From Corynebacterium glutamicum ATCC 13032 (GTDB lineage: Bacteria; Actinomycetota; Actinomycetes; Mycobacteriales; Mycobacteriaceae): DNA of 32,000 bases. The notes under the pieces were generated by a model, which was not told where the DNA came from, ran no database searches, and was given only the letters and a program-made list of their open reading frames with translations. The stretch's first letter is position 1. Every line of letters begins with the position of its first letter. This document shows, piece by piece, positions 18,226-27,750 of the stretch. Where the stretch lies: the NCBI RefSeq assembly GCF_000011325.1, contig NC_003450.3, positions 2,130,001 to 2,162,000 of the forward strand. Reading direction: 5' to 3'. The position numbers were made by a program, and so were the translations under genes.

Positions 18226-19169
18226 TGCATATGAAGATTAGCCGGCGCGCATTCCTCGGCACACTGCTCGGCGCCACCACCCTTGCTGTAACTGCCTGCG
18301 CGCAATCCTCTCAAAACCAAAACTCCTCCGCTTCCTCATCTTCTTCATCCTCAGCGGAATCAAGCACCTCTTCATCCTCCTCCGATGAACAGCGCATCGT
18401 CGCCCTCAACACCGGTCAGTTGGACAACCTCCTCCTTCTCGGCATCACCCCAGTGGGCGTCGCCGCTGCAAAAAACTCTGACCTGATCCCACAGTTCCTC
18501 AAGGATCGCTTCGGTGCAGACATGGACTTGGACAGCATCGCCGACTGCGGTCTCCGCCAATCTCCAGACATCGAAGCCATCGCGAACCTCAACCCCACCC
18601 TGATCTGCGCAAACTCCCGCGCCGACGAAGAGGTCCTCAACAAACTCCGCACGATCGCCCCCGTGGTCACCGGCGAAGGTGGCGGTGAAAACTGGAAGCA
18701 AGACCTCCTCACCATCGCAGAGGCAGCAGGCCAGAAGGAAAAGGCTGAAACCCTCCTGAAATCATACGAGGACTCAGCAGCCGAAATCGCCGCAAACCAG
18801 CCTGCGAACCCACCAACCGTTTCCTTCCTGCGCACCAAAGATCAGGAATTCCAGATGTACGGCGCACAATCCATGGCCGGAACGGTTGCTGCCGATTGCG
18901 GTTACGCCCGCCCAGAAAACCAGCAGTTCACCGACACGGCAGGTCAAGACCTCTCCGCTGAGCTCATTGCCCAAGCTGATGCCGACTGGCTTTTCTACGG
19001 CATCAAAGAAGGCAACATCAACCCTGAAGACACCCCATTGTGGACTTCACTCAAAGCGGTTCAGTCCAACCAAGCAATCCCAGTTGACGGCGATTCCTGG
19101 TACCTCAACGCATCCCTCGTGTCGGCTGAAATCATCCTCCAAGGCCTCAAAGACAACGTCACCGTCTAA
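18225..19169 (+). CDS. Fe3+-siderophore ABC transporter substrate-binding lipoprotein (FecB/FhuD-type)
   Basis: Start chosen at ATG 18225 (MHMKISRRAFLGTLLGATTLAVTAC), which gives an RR-containing signal peptide plus the lipobox LAVTAC. A Ser-rich linker follows, then a periplasmic-binding-protein fold sequence (IVALNTGQLDNLLLLGITPVG). The track start at 18096 would include the promoter and operator. Confidence 0.87.
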   Translation: MHMKISRRAFLGTLLGATTLAVTACAQSSQNQNSSASSSSSSSAESSTSSSSSDEQRIVALNTGQLDNLLLLGITPVGVAAAKNSDLIPQFLKDRFGADMDLDSIADCGLRQSPDIEAIANLNPTLICANSRADEEVLNKLRTIAPVVTGEGGGENWKQDLLTIAEAAGQKEKAETLLKSYEDSAAEIAANQPANPPTVSFLRTKDQEFQMYGAQSMAGTVAADCGYARPENQQFTDTAGQDLSAELIAQADADWLFYGIKEGNINPEDTPLWTSLKAVQSNQAIPVDGDSWYLNASLVSAEIILQGLKDNVTV

Positions 19170-19173
19170 GCCG

Positions 19174-19316
19174 ATTTAAGGGCCTCAAATTTCCGAATGG
19201 GCGTTCCCCTCATCATGACACCGAAGGGCCCTTAGAATCGATTCTATGAGGTCACTTTTTGTGGGCCCAAACTCAAATTTTAGTTTGCTCCAGAGGAAAC
19301 CAGACAGGCGTGCCCA
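19174..19316 (+). repeat. copy 1 of a dispersed intergenic element of about 140 bp (its partner is at 24201..24335)
   Basis: Starts with atttaagggcc 5 nt after the stop codon. The core cgattctatgaggtcactttttgtgggcccaaactca (19239-19275) matches 24266-24302 at 32 of 38 aligned columns. The offset from the atttaag motif to the core is 65 nt in both copies. Confidence 0.65.
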
Positions 19317-19433
19317 TAGTTGTCGAAATCGACAAGTTTTGGCACGTGTATCCGGTTATCGGAGCCTCAAACCAAACAGGCGTGCCCAAATCCCCCAAAT
19401 CACGGAAGTTTTGGCACCCCTGTTTGGTTTTTC
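19297..19433 (+). repeat. two tandem units of a palindromic hairpin element (72-bp period)
   Basis: Unit A begins at 19297 (aaaccagacaggcgtgccca...aagttttggcac). Unit B begins at 19369 (aaaccaaacaggcgtgccca...aagttttggcac). Unit B closes with cctgtttggttt (19419-19433), giving a 12+5-bp stem followed by ttccttttgg. Unit A is a degenerate copy. Confidence 0.7.
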
Positions 19434-19482
19434 CTTTTGGTCGCCCCGAAATGACCCCACCCAAGTCTTATCCGAGTTTCCT

Positions 19483-19542
19483 GCGGGATGAACGCGGGAT
19501 AAATGCGGGATAAACCCCACAAAACCCCACAAAACCCACCCC
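19483..19542. repeat. short tandem repeats: 11 bp x3 (gcgggatRaaY), then 10 bp x2 plus a partial unit (ccccacaaaa)
   Basis: The sequence reads gcgggatgaac gcgggataaat gcgggataaac, then ccccacaaaa ccccacaaaa cccacccc. Confidence 0.85.
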
Positions 19543-19592
19543 AAGAAACAAAGAAACCCCCAACCAATCACTTAAAGTGACTGGTCAGGGGT
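19543..19592 (-). terminator. rho-independent terminator of rplS
   Basis: On the minus strand, acccctgaccagtcac-tttaa-gtgattggttgggggt forms a 16-bp stem including 3 G-U pairs, followed by ttctttgtttctt. On the plus strand the same positions are A-C mismatches, so the structure is strand-specific. Confidence 0.8.
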
Positions 19593-19630
19593 CTGTTAAG
19601 TACTAGAAGCACCTAACAAACGCTAAATAA

Positions 19631-19972
19631 TTAGCGCTTCTCCTTAATACGTGCAGCCTTGCCGCGCAGTTCGCGCAGGTAGTACAGCTTCGCACGACGA
19701 ACGTCACCACGACGAATGACCTCGATCTTCTCGATGTTTGGGGAGTGTACTGGGAAGGTACGCTCAACACCGATGCCGAAGGAAACCTTACGTACGGTGA
19801 AGGTCTCGCGGATTCCGCCGCCCTGACGGCGAATGACAACACCCTTGAACAGCTGGGTACGGGTGGTGGTGCCTTCGATGACCTTGACGTGTACGTCGAG
19901 GGTGTCGCCGGCGCGGAATGCAGGAACGTCGTCGCGCAGGGATGCTGCGTCGATCTTATCCAGAATGTTCAT
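19631..19972 (-). CDS. rplS: 50S ribosomal protein L19
   Basis: [34 protein letters not shown]... is canonical L19. Start set at ATG 19972 (113 aa), with aaagga upstream. The track's GTG 20017 extension is not L19-like. Confidence 0.96.
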
Positions 19973-20220
19973 ATAAACAATCCTTTTACTAGTAGGGAAA
20001 GAGGACCCTGGCGGCACTTCCCCAGGTTTGGGGTGCTCGGCCGGTTCGTTTCCGTTTCAATTTTCGAGGCTGTCACGTTTGCCCAACGTGAGTTGGGGTT
20101 TGCACAGTCAACTGAAATATTCTTTCACATGTGCGCCTTGGTTTTCAAACTGGGGTCTGCTCCCCTCACTTGGGTGCACTAACCGTTGACAAATCTTGGT
20201 TGTCGGGCTTGACTGGTGGC

Positions 20221-20320
20221 GACTTACCCCACGGGTGCCCAATGCATTGGGCTGAGATTGCGCGCTGTTGCTGCGCGGGACCGTTCGAACCTGTCTGGTT
20301 AACACCAGCGAAGGAAGCGA
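20221..20320 (+). promoter_or_regulatory. TPP (THI-box) riboswitch
   Basis: The conserved cores acgggtgccc...ggctgaga...accgttcgaacctgtctggttaacaccagcgaaggaa align with the E. coli thiM THI-box (ggggtgcc..gctgaga..cacctgatctggataatgccagcgtagggaa). It sits directly 5' of the thiE SD and GTG. Confidence 0.9.
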
Positions 20321-20334
20321 GGATTGATTGTCCC

Positions 20335-21000
20335 GTGTTTGAAAATCGTTTTGACCTGCGTTGTTATGTTGTGACTGGTGCGGGCTCGGTGGATGAGGTT
20401 GTGCACACTGCGTCTGCTGCGGCTCGTGGTGGCGCGGGTGTGGTGCAGGTGCGTTCAAAGCCTATTTCGCCAGAAGCGATGAGGGAGTTGGCATCAAAGG
20501 TTGCGCTTGAGGTTGCGCGGTGCAGCCCAACAACGAGGGTGCTTATCGACGACCACCTCCACGTTGCTTCTTCCTTAATGCGCGAAGGACTCCCGATTCA
20601 CGGTGTGCATCTTGGGCAGGATGATATGTCGGTGCTTGAGGCTCGTGAGTTGTTGGGGCCTGAGGCGATCATTGGGTTGACTACTGGAACCCTAGAACTT
20701 GTGGCGGCGGCGAATGAGCTGTCCGATGTGTTGGATTACATCGGTGCTGGGCCGTTTCGGAAGACTCCCACCAAGGATTCAGGTCGGCCACCGATTGGCC
20801 TTGCGGGTTATCCCCCTTTGGTGGAATTGTCCAAGGTGCCGATCGTTGCGATTGGTGATGTCACCCCTGCCGATGTGCGCGCTCTCAGCGCAACCGGTGT
20901 GGCTGGCGTTGCCATGGTGCGGGCTTTTTCTGAATCTGATGATCCACAGCAGGTCGCTGAAAATGTGGTGGCTAACTTTGAATTAGGAAGGCTCTCATGA
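20335..21000 (+). CDS. thiE: thiamine-phosphate synthase
   Basis: Start set at GTG 20335 (221 aa), downstream of the riboswitch with gcgagga as SD. ThiE-like sequence includes VQVRSK, HLGQDD and GAGPFRKTPTK. The track start at 20131 would translate through the riboswitch. Confidence 0.9.
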   Translation: MFENRFDLRCYVVTGAGSVDEVVHTASAAARGGAGVVQVRSKPISPEAMRELASKVALEVARCSPTTRVLIDDHLHVASSLMREGLPIHGVHLGQDDMSVLEARELLGPEAIIGLTTGTLELVAAANELSDVLDYIGAGPFRKTPTKDSGRPPIGLAGYPPLVELSKVPIVAIGDVTPADVRALSATGVAGVAMVRAFSESDDPQQVAENVVANFELGRLS

Positions 21001-22121
21001 AGAAGCATGCGATTATTATCGGCGGCGGAATCATTGGGTTGACCACCTGCTTTGAATTCCAGGAGGCTGGTTACCAAGTCACGTTGATTGATCCTGACCC
21101 AATTTCCGGTGCGACTCATCATGCCGGCGGAATGTTGGCCCCCACCGCGGAGGTGCAGTATCAGCAACATGATCTGATTTTGTTGATGAAGGAATCCGCT
21201 CGCCTATACCCAGACCTCCTCCAAAGAGTGTCTAAATACACTGACTTGCCCACTGGGTATCGCACTGATGGAACCCTTCTTATCGGTGCGGACCGCGCGG
21301 ATGGCATGCATGTTGCGGAGTTGATTAAGTACATGCATTTGAAGGATTTGCCTGTCGATGTGTTGACTACTCGTCAGGCAAGGGCTGCGGAGCCAGCGTT
21401 GTCGCCGAGGATTTCTAAGGTGGTCAGCATTGATGGGGATCATCAGCTGTCGCCGCGTCTGTATGCCCGGGCGTTATTGGATGCCATTTTGCAACGCGGT
21501 GCGGAGCATATTGCCGACGCTGTGATCTCTATTGATGGCCACGATCCGTGTTTGACCGTGACGATGAATTCGGGGGTGAGGGTTGCGTCGAAAAGCGTTG
21601 TTGTTTTGGCGGCGGGCCTGGGCGCCGCAAGCATTCCCGGCTGGTTTGAGGGCGCGAACCCATTGCAGTTGAGGCCGGTGTACGGCGATATTGTGCGCGT
21701 GCGCGTGCCGGAGCGACTGCAGCCGATGGTCACCAAGGTGGTGCGCGGGTTTGTGGAAGATCGTCAGATTTATATCATTCCGCGTACCGATGGCACCCTC
21801 GCGATCGGCGCGACAAGCCGTGAGGATCACCCGCAACCTCGAACGGGCGCAGTGCATGATTTGCTACGCGATGCTATCCGTTTGATTCCGGGCATTGAAG
21901 AAACCGAATTTATCGAAGTCACCTGCGGCGCCCGCCCCGGCACCCCGGATGACCTGCCGTACCTGGGATGGGTTGGATCCAATGTGATTGCGTCCACAGG
22001 ATATTTCCGCCATGGAATTTTGCTGTCAGCCCTTGGTGCACGCGCTGCCGTTGATATGGCAACCAACCAGCCACTGTTCCCCACTCTTGATGTGTGCGAT
22101 CCGTTTCGCCACCAAATTTAA
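20997..22121 (+). CDS. thiO: glycine oxidase (FAD-dependent), thiazole biosynthesis
   Basis: 374 aa with an N-terminal FAD fold IIIGGGIIGLTT and DAO-family sequence. ATGA overlap with thiE, in a thiS/thiG context. Confidence 0.88.
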   Translation: MKKHAIIIGGGIIGLTTCFEFQEAGYQVTLIDPDPISGATHHAGGMLAPTAEVQYQQHDLILLMKESARLYPDLLQRVSKYTDLPTGYRTDGTLLIGADRADGMHVAELIKYMHLKDLPVDVLTTRQARAAEPALSPRISKVVSIDGDHQLSPRLYARALLDAILQRGAEHIADAVISIDGHDPCLTVTMNSGVRVASKSVVVLAAGLGAASIPGWFEGANPLQLRPVYGDIVRVRVPERLQPMVTKVVRGFVEDRQIYIIPRTDGTLAIGATSREDHPQPRTGAVHDLLRDAIRLIPGIEETEFIEVTCGARPGTPDDLPYLGWVGSNVIASTGYFRHGILLSALGARAAVDMATNQPLFPTLDVCDPFRHQI

Positions 22122-22134
22122 GGATTTTTCACAA

Positions 22135-23116
<982 letters not shown>

Positions 23117-23117
23117 C

Positions 23118-24194
23118 ATGGCGCAGCTTCCCACATCTGAGCTTCACCGCACGGCCCGCCAACTCGCGCTCCCCGGATATGGTATTGAGCAGCAGGAACG
23201 ACTTTTCAACGCCCACGTTCTAGTCATCGGCGCAGGCGGTCTCGGCTGCCCAGTCATGCAGTCGCTGGCTTCCGCAGGCGTTGGAACCATCACGGTCATC
23301 GATGACGACACCGTCGACATTTCCAACATTCACCGCCAAATCCTCTTCGGCGCAAGCGATGTCGGTCGACCCAAGGTCGAGGTTGCCGCCGAGCGCCTCA
23401 AAGAACTCCAACCAGACATCACCGTCAACGCGTTGCACGAACGGATCACTCCAGAAAACGCCTGCGAGCTGCTCAATTCCGTGGACCTCGTCTTAGACGG
23501 CTCCGATTCTTTCTCCACAAAATACTTAGTGTCTGATGCCGCCGAAATCACCGGAACTCCCCTCATCTGGGCAACGGTACTGCGCTTTCACGGCGAACTG
23601 GCACTCTTCAACTCTGGCCCCGACCACCGCGGAGTCGGCCTGCGCGACGTCTTCCCCGAACAACCCTCCGCCGATTTCGTCCCTGACTGCGCCACCGCTG
23701 GTGTTCTTGGCGCCACCACAGCCACCATCGGCGCACTCATGGCCACTCACGCCATCGGATTTCTCACAGAAATCGGCGACGTCCAACCAGGCACAATCCT
23801 CTCCTACGACGCATTCCCCGCCGCCACGCGCAGCTTCCGCGTCTCCGCCGACCCGGCGCGCCCACTGGTCACCCGCCTCCGCGCCTCCTACGAGGCAGCG
23901 CGCACCGATACAACTTCGCTTATCGACGCCACCCTCAACGGCTCCCTCACCGCCCTCGATATCCGAGAGCCACATGAAGTTCTGCTCAAAGACCTCCCCG
24001 AGGGCGCAACGTCACTGAAGCTCCCCTTAAGCCAGATCACCTCGGACAGCGACATTTTAGAGGCACTGTCTGGAATCGACGGCGACATTTTGGTCTACTG
24101 CGCTTCGGGAATCCGCAGTTCCGACTTCATCGACAACTACTCCCACCTCGGCCACAAATTTGTGAATCTTCCCGGTGGGGTCAACGCGCTGTAG
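23118..24194 (+). CDS. thiF: ThiS/MoaD-adenylyltransferase (E1-like) with a C-terminal rhodanese domain (ThiF/MoeZ type)
   Basis: Start at ATG 23118, one nt after the thiG stop. It has the nucleotide-binding VIGAGGLGCP and a C-terminal rhodanese active-site loop, YCASGIRS. Confidence 0.9.
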   Translation: MAQLPTSELHRTARQLALPGYGIEQQERLFNAHVLVIGAGGLGCPVMQSLASAGVGTITVIDDDTVDISNIHRQILFGASDVGRPKVEVAAERLKELQPDITVNALHERITPENACELLNSVDLVLDGSDSFSTKYLVSDAAEITGTPLIWATVLRFHGELALFNSGPDHRGVGLRDVFPEQPSADFVPDCATAGVLGATTATIGALMATHAIGFLTEIGDVQPGTILSYDAFPAATRSFRVSADPARPLVTRLRASYEAARTDTTSLIDATLNGSLTALDIREPHEVLLKDLPEGATSLKLPLSQITSDSDILEALSGIDGDILVYCASGIRSSDFIDNYSHLGHKFVNLPGGVNAL

Positions 24195-24200
24195 CTGTCA

Positions 24201-24335
24201 ATTTAAGAGGCCAGAATTCTGGGACGAGTCAAAGCATGGCCTGCGCACTTTGAGGCGCTCAGAGGCGATTCTGTGAGGTCACTTTCTCGTGCCCCCAACT
24301 CATTTTTTGCGGTACTTCACGGCAGGCTGCCTGAT
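24201..24335 (+). repeat. copy 2 of the dispersed intergenic element of about 140 bp
   Basis: Starts with atttaagaggcc 7 nt after the thiF stop. The core cgattctgtgaggtcactttctcgtgcccccaactca lies at 24266-24302. See copy 1 at 19174..19316. Confidence 0.65.
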
Positions 24336-24401
24336 TAGACCAAGACGCCCCCTGGCGAATCAGTCCTTGGCCTAATACTGCACTAATCCGCTCTCGAAAT
24401 G

Positions 24402-24434
24402 TGAGATTCAGACCAAGGGGAGCTTGAGAACACT
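24402..24434. terminator. hairpin between convergent thiF and tex, a possible terminator for tex
   Basis: accaaggggag-(10 nt)-ctcccgcttggt forms 11 bp with one mismatch. It starts 23 nt after the tex stop. The U-tract is weak. Confidence 0.4.
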
Positions 24435-24456
24435 CCCGCTTGGTTTGAAAGTTGCC

Positions 24457-26733
24457 TTAGCCACCGAGGCCGGCGCGTCGTAAAGCATCTGCCATGGAAC
24501 CTGTGGCGGGCTTAGCGGACTGTTTTTGCGGAGCTCGCTGCTGTTTGGCTGGTCGGTTTCCGCGCTTTTGCGGAGCTGGGGCACCGGGTTCATCGGTCAA
24601 GCGGAGGGAAAGGCCGATGCGTTTGCGGTCGACGTCAACTTCCATGACCTTTACCTTCACGACCTCACCAGAGCGAACAACTTCGTGGGGGTTGGAGATG
24701 AATTTGTCGCTCATCGCGGAAACGTGAACGAGGCCATCTTGGTGCACTCCCACGTCAACGAATGCGCCGAACGCCGCAACGTTGGTGACAGTTCCTTCCA
24801 GGATCATGCCGGGTGTGAGGTCGGAGATTTTCTCCACGCCTTCTTTGAAGCTGGCGGTTTTGAATTCTGGGCGGGGGTCACGTCCGGGTTTATCCAGCTC
24901 GGCGATGATGTCGGTGACGGTGGGGATGCCGAATCGTTCATCAGCGAAATCAGCGGGCTTCAATTTGGTGAGCACCGCAGAGTTTCCGATCAGTCCCGAG
25001 ACATCCAATCCTGTGGCTTTCGCAATGTTGCGAACAACTGGGTACGCCTCGGGGTGAACAGCGGAGGCGTCGAGAGGGTCGGTGGATCCAGAAATGCGGA
25101 GGAAGCCAGCACACTGTTCAAAGGCTTTGGGTCCCAGGCGAGGAACTTTGTTCAGTTCTTTTCGGGAGGAGAATCCACCGTTTTCGTTGCGGTAGGCCAC
25201 GATATTGTTTGCCAAGGTGGAGGTCACTCCGGCAACTCGGGTAAGAAGTGGTGCGGATGCGGTGTTGAGGTTAACTCCGACTGCGTTTACTGCGTCTTCG
25301 ACGACACCATCAAGGGTTTTGGCAAGTGCAACCTGGTTGACATCGTGTTGGTACTGGCCGACTCCGATGGCTTTGGGCTCAATCTTGACGAGCTCCGCCA
25401 GTGGATCCTGGAGTCGCCTCGCGATAGAAACTGCACCGCGGAGGGAGACGTCCATGTCGGGGAATTCTTCGGCTGCGATCGGTGATGCCGAGTACACGGA
25501 TGCGCCCGATTCGGAGACCACCACGGGGGTTGGTCGCGTGCCACCTGCGGCTTTGATCATGTCAGCTACTTCGCCGGCGAGTTTTTCCGTTTCCCTCGAG
25601 GCGGTTCCGTTGCCGATCGCCATGAGTTCCACACCGTGGGTCGCGCACAGGTTAGCCAGTTCGGATACGGCTTCCTTCCAGCGGTTTTGGGGCTGGTGTG
25701 GGTAGACGATCGTGGTGGCAACATCCTTACCGGTGGAATCCACGACAGCTACTTTCACACCGTTGCGGAATCCCGGGTCAAGGCCAATTGTGGAGCGCTG
25801 ACCAGCGGGAGCTGCAAGGAGAACGTCGCGGAGGTTGGTGGCAAACACATCGAGTGCGCCTTCCTCTGCTTTTTCTTTCAGACGCATGCGCACATCCAAT
25901 CCGGAGGACACATACAGTTTGGTGCGCCAACCCCAGCGCACAGCCTCAGCCAGCCAGCTAGAAGTGTGGGTGTCCAGGGAGAATCGGTCGGCGATCAAAC
26001 CTTCGTAGATTATGTCGTCGCCCGCATCGAGGTTGAGGCTCAGCACACCTTCGTTTTCACCGCGCAGCAGCGCCAAAATTCGGTGAGATGGAAGCTTGTC
26101 AAAAGGTTCGGAAAACTCAAAGTAGTCCTTGAACTTTGCGCCTTCCTGCTCCTTGCCCGCCACCACCGATGCCGCCATGGAACCCGCGCGATACATTTGC
26201 TCACGCACCTCGCCCACCAAATCGGCATCGAGCGCGAAGCGGTCAATCAAAATGGCGCGAGCGCCATCCAAAACTTTTTTGGAATCCTCAAAGCCCTCAG
26301 TCGTAAATGCAGCTGCCTGCGCTGCGGCGTCGAGGGACGGGGCGTCGATAAGCTTATCGACGAGCCCCTCCAGGCCCGCCTCCCTAGCGATATCGGCCTT
26401 CGTCTTGCGCCGTTTTTTGAACGGCAGGTACAGATCCTCCAGGCGAGCCTTGGTGTCGCATCCCAAAATCAGCGAGCGTAAATCGTCGGTGAGTTTGCCT
26501 TGTTCCTCAATCGCGGCGAGGATGCTTTGTTTACGATCCTCCAGCTCACGGAGGTAACTGAGGCGTTCTTCCAGGTCACGCAGTTGGGTATCATCGAGTC
26601 CCCCAGTGATTTCCTTGCGGTACCTGGCGATGAACGGAACGGTGTTTCCTTCATCCAAGAGCTTGATGGCGGCCTCGACTTGTTCATCTTTGACGCCGAG
26701 TTCGAGAGCAATCGTTCGAGAAATTGATGACAT
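24457..26733 (-). CDS. tex: transcription accessory protein Tex (S1 RNA-binding domain protein)
   Basis: 758 aa with a Tex N-terminal HTH ([16 protein letters not shown]), a YqgF/RuvC-like centre, HhH motifs and a C-terminal S1 domain ([26 protein letters not shown]). Confidence 0.95.
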   Translation of the reverse strand: MSSISRTIALELGVKDEQVEAAIKLLDEGNTVPFIARYRKEITGGLDDTQLRDLEERLSYLRELEDRKQSILAAIEEQGKLTDDLRSLILGCDTKARLEDLYLPFKKRRKTKADIAREAGLEGLVDKLIDAPSLDAAAQAAAFTTEGFEDSKKVLDGARAILIDRFALDADLVGEVREQMYRAGSMAASVVAGKEQEGAKFKDYFEFSEPFDKLPSHRILALLRGENEGVLSLNLDAGDDIIYEGLIADRFSLDTHTSSWLAEAVRWGWRTKLYVSSGLDVRMRLKEKAEEGALDVFATNLRDVLLAAPAGQRSTIGLDPGFRNGVKVAVVDSTGKDVATTIVYPHQPQNRWKEAVSELANLCATHGVELMAIGNGTASRETEKLAGEVADMIKAAGGTRPTPVVVSESGASVYSASPIAAEEFPDMDVSLRGAVSIARRLQDPLAELVKIEPKAIGVGQYQHDVNQVALAKTLDGVVEDAVNAVGVNLNTASAPLLTRVAGVTSTLANNIVAYRNENGGFSSRKELNKVPRLGPKAFEQCAGFLRISGSTDPLDASAVHPEAYPVVRNIAKATGLDVSGLIGNSAVLTKLKPADFADERFGIPTVTDIIAELDKPGRDPRPEFKTASFKEGVEKISDLTPGMILEGTVTNVAAFGAFVDVGVHQDGLVHVSAMSDKFISNPHEVVRSGEVVKVKVMEVDVDRKRIGLSLRLTDEPGAPAPQKRGNRPAKQQRAPQKQSAKPATGSMADALRRAGLGG

Positions 26734-26743
26734 TTGGGCAATT

Positions 26744-27727
26744 CTACCCGGAATGTGTGCTCGACCCCCGAAGGATCACCTGCCCCTGCAAAACCACATC
26801 GCCGGTGGGAAGTTCGGGATTTTCAATCAGATCTACCAACAAGCGCACGGCCTCTTTCCCCATCTCCTCATGCGGTGGAACAAACGTGGTAATCCCCGCG
26901 CCGACAAAGCTGTACCACTCAGGATCGTCATAACCACCAATCACCACATCGTGGGGAACGCGGACATTCAGGCGAGTAAAAGCACGCATCACCCCAGCCA
27001 TCAGCCGAGGAGACGCCACAATCAATGCATCGGGAAGGCCGTTGTTAAACACCACCTGAGCCATCTCTTCGCCAGATTCGACAGAATAGTGGCCAAAATG
27101 GAACGTCACCTCAGCCCCATATATCGACGCCGCATGACTAATACCGCGCATTCGTTCCTGCGTGGTGGAAAGTGATTCTTCACCAACCAAAGCAGCAATG
27201 TTCATTCCGCTGCCGCCCAGCACCGACTCGGTCAGCTGAAAAAACCCAGCCTCATCATCACACAACACCCGAGGGAAACCAGGACCCAATTCACCACGAG
27301 TCAACTGCACCATGGGGATTCCTTCAGGAGCAATTGAGCCGACCACTGGAACGTGGATAATTCCTGCAGCTTGAATCGAGATCAACGATTCCATCACCAC
27401 GTCCTGCGCCTGCACACTGTTGGCCTCCGCAACCAGCATTTGATAGCCAGCAGCTTTCAGATCCTGCTGAATAGTCTGCAGCGATTCCGAATAATACTCA
27501 TTGGACAAATCCGGAACAATGACCCCCACCAAGGCACTGCGATGTTCCCGCAACGCCTTGGCCAGCTGATTTGGTACATAGTTCAGCTCTTTAGCCGCCG
27601 CCTGAACTTTCTCCCGCGTCTGCGGGGACACATACCCCTTGCCAGATAGTGCCCTCGAGGCTGTGGCATAACCGACTCCAGCTAACTCAGCAACTTCCTT
27701 GAGGCTCGATTTTGCTGACATCTCCAC
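26744..27727 (-). CDS. LacI/GalR-family transcriptional regulator
   Basis: Has an N-terminal [34 protein letters not shown] and a periplasmic-binding-protein-like effector domain. The start is GTG 27727 or ATG 27721. Its stop lies only 10 nt before the tex ATG. Confidence 0.9.
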   Translation of the reverse strand: MEMSAKSSLKEVAELAGVGYATASRALSGKGYVSPQTREKVQAAAKELNYVPNQLAKALREHRSALVGVIVPDLSNEYYSESLQTIQQDLKAAGYQMLVAEANSVQAQDVVMESLISIQAAGIIHVPVVGSIAPEGIPMVQLTRGELGPGFPRVLCDDEAGFFQLTESVLGGSGMNIAALVGEESLSTTQERMRGISHAASIYGAEVTFHFGHYSVESGEEMAQVVFNNGLPDALIVASPRLMAGVMRAFTRLNVRVPHDVVIGGYDDPEWYSFVGAGITTFVPPHEEMGKEAVRLLVDLIENPELPTGDVVLQGQVILRGSSTHSG

Positions 27728-27750
27728 ACCCCCTTACCTTTAATTTTCAA

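Noticed and set aside
19198-19233. Minus-strand GGGCCCTTCGGTGTCATGATGAGGGG resembles the start of ISL3-family (ISCg1-like) terminal inverted repeats (GGCCCTTCCGG...).
   Set aside because: The similarity is limited to about 11 nt recalled from memory. There is no transposase remnant, no second inverted repeat and no target duplication. It is more simply explained as part of the dispersed element of about 140 bp.
19297-19542. Whether the clustered direct repeats here (and at 30915..31050) could be a small CRISPR array.
   Set aside because: There are only two to three units. The periods are irregular, the units are imperfect and partly inverted, spacers are not unique and equal-sized, and no cas genes are in the window.
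19246-19571. Small ORFs of 63-84 aa on both strands in the binding-protein/rplS spacer.
   Set aside because: They overlap one another in several frames, run through tandem and inverted repeats, and lack RBSs. The translations are low-complexity.
20186-20214. Perfect TTGACA (20186-20191) as the -35 element of the thi operon promoter.
   Set aside because: No acceptable TAnnnT -10 element lies at 16-18 nt spacing, so I do not call a promoter there.
20131-20334. The track's long thiE start (289 aa from 20131), and likewise the long starts for rplS (20017), thiF (23058), xerC (12770), comM (15706), the binding protein (18096) and pyrH (8697).
   Set aside because: The extensions translate through a riboswitch, an operator or promoter, or the neighbouring gene. 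They also add non-homologous residues. Internal starts with an RBS or gene-junction logic fit the protein families better.
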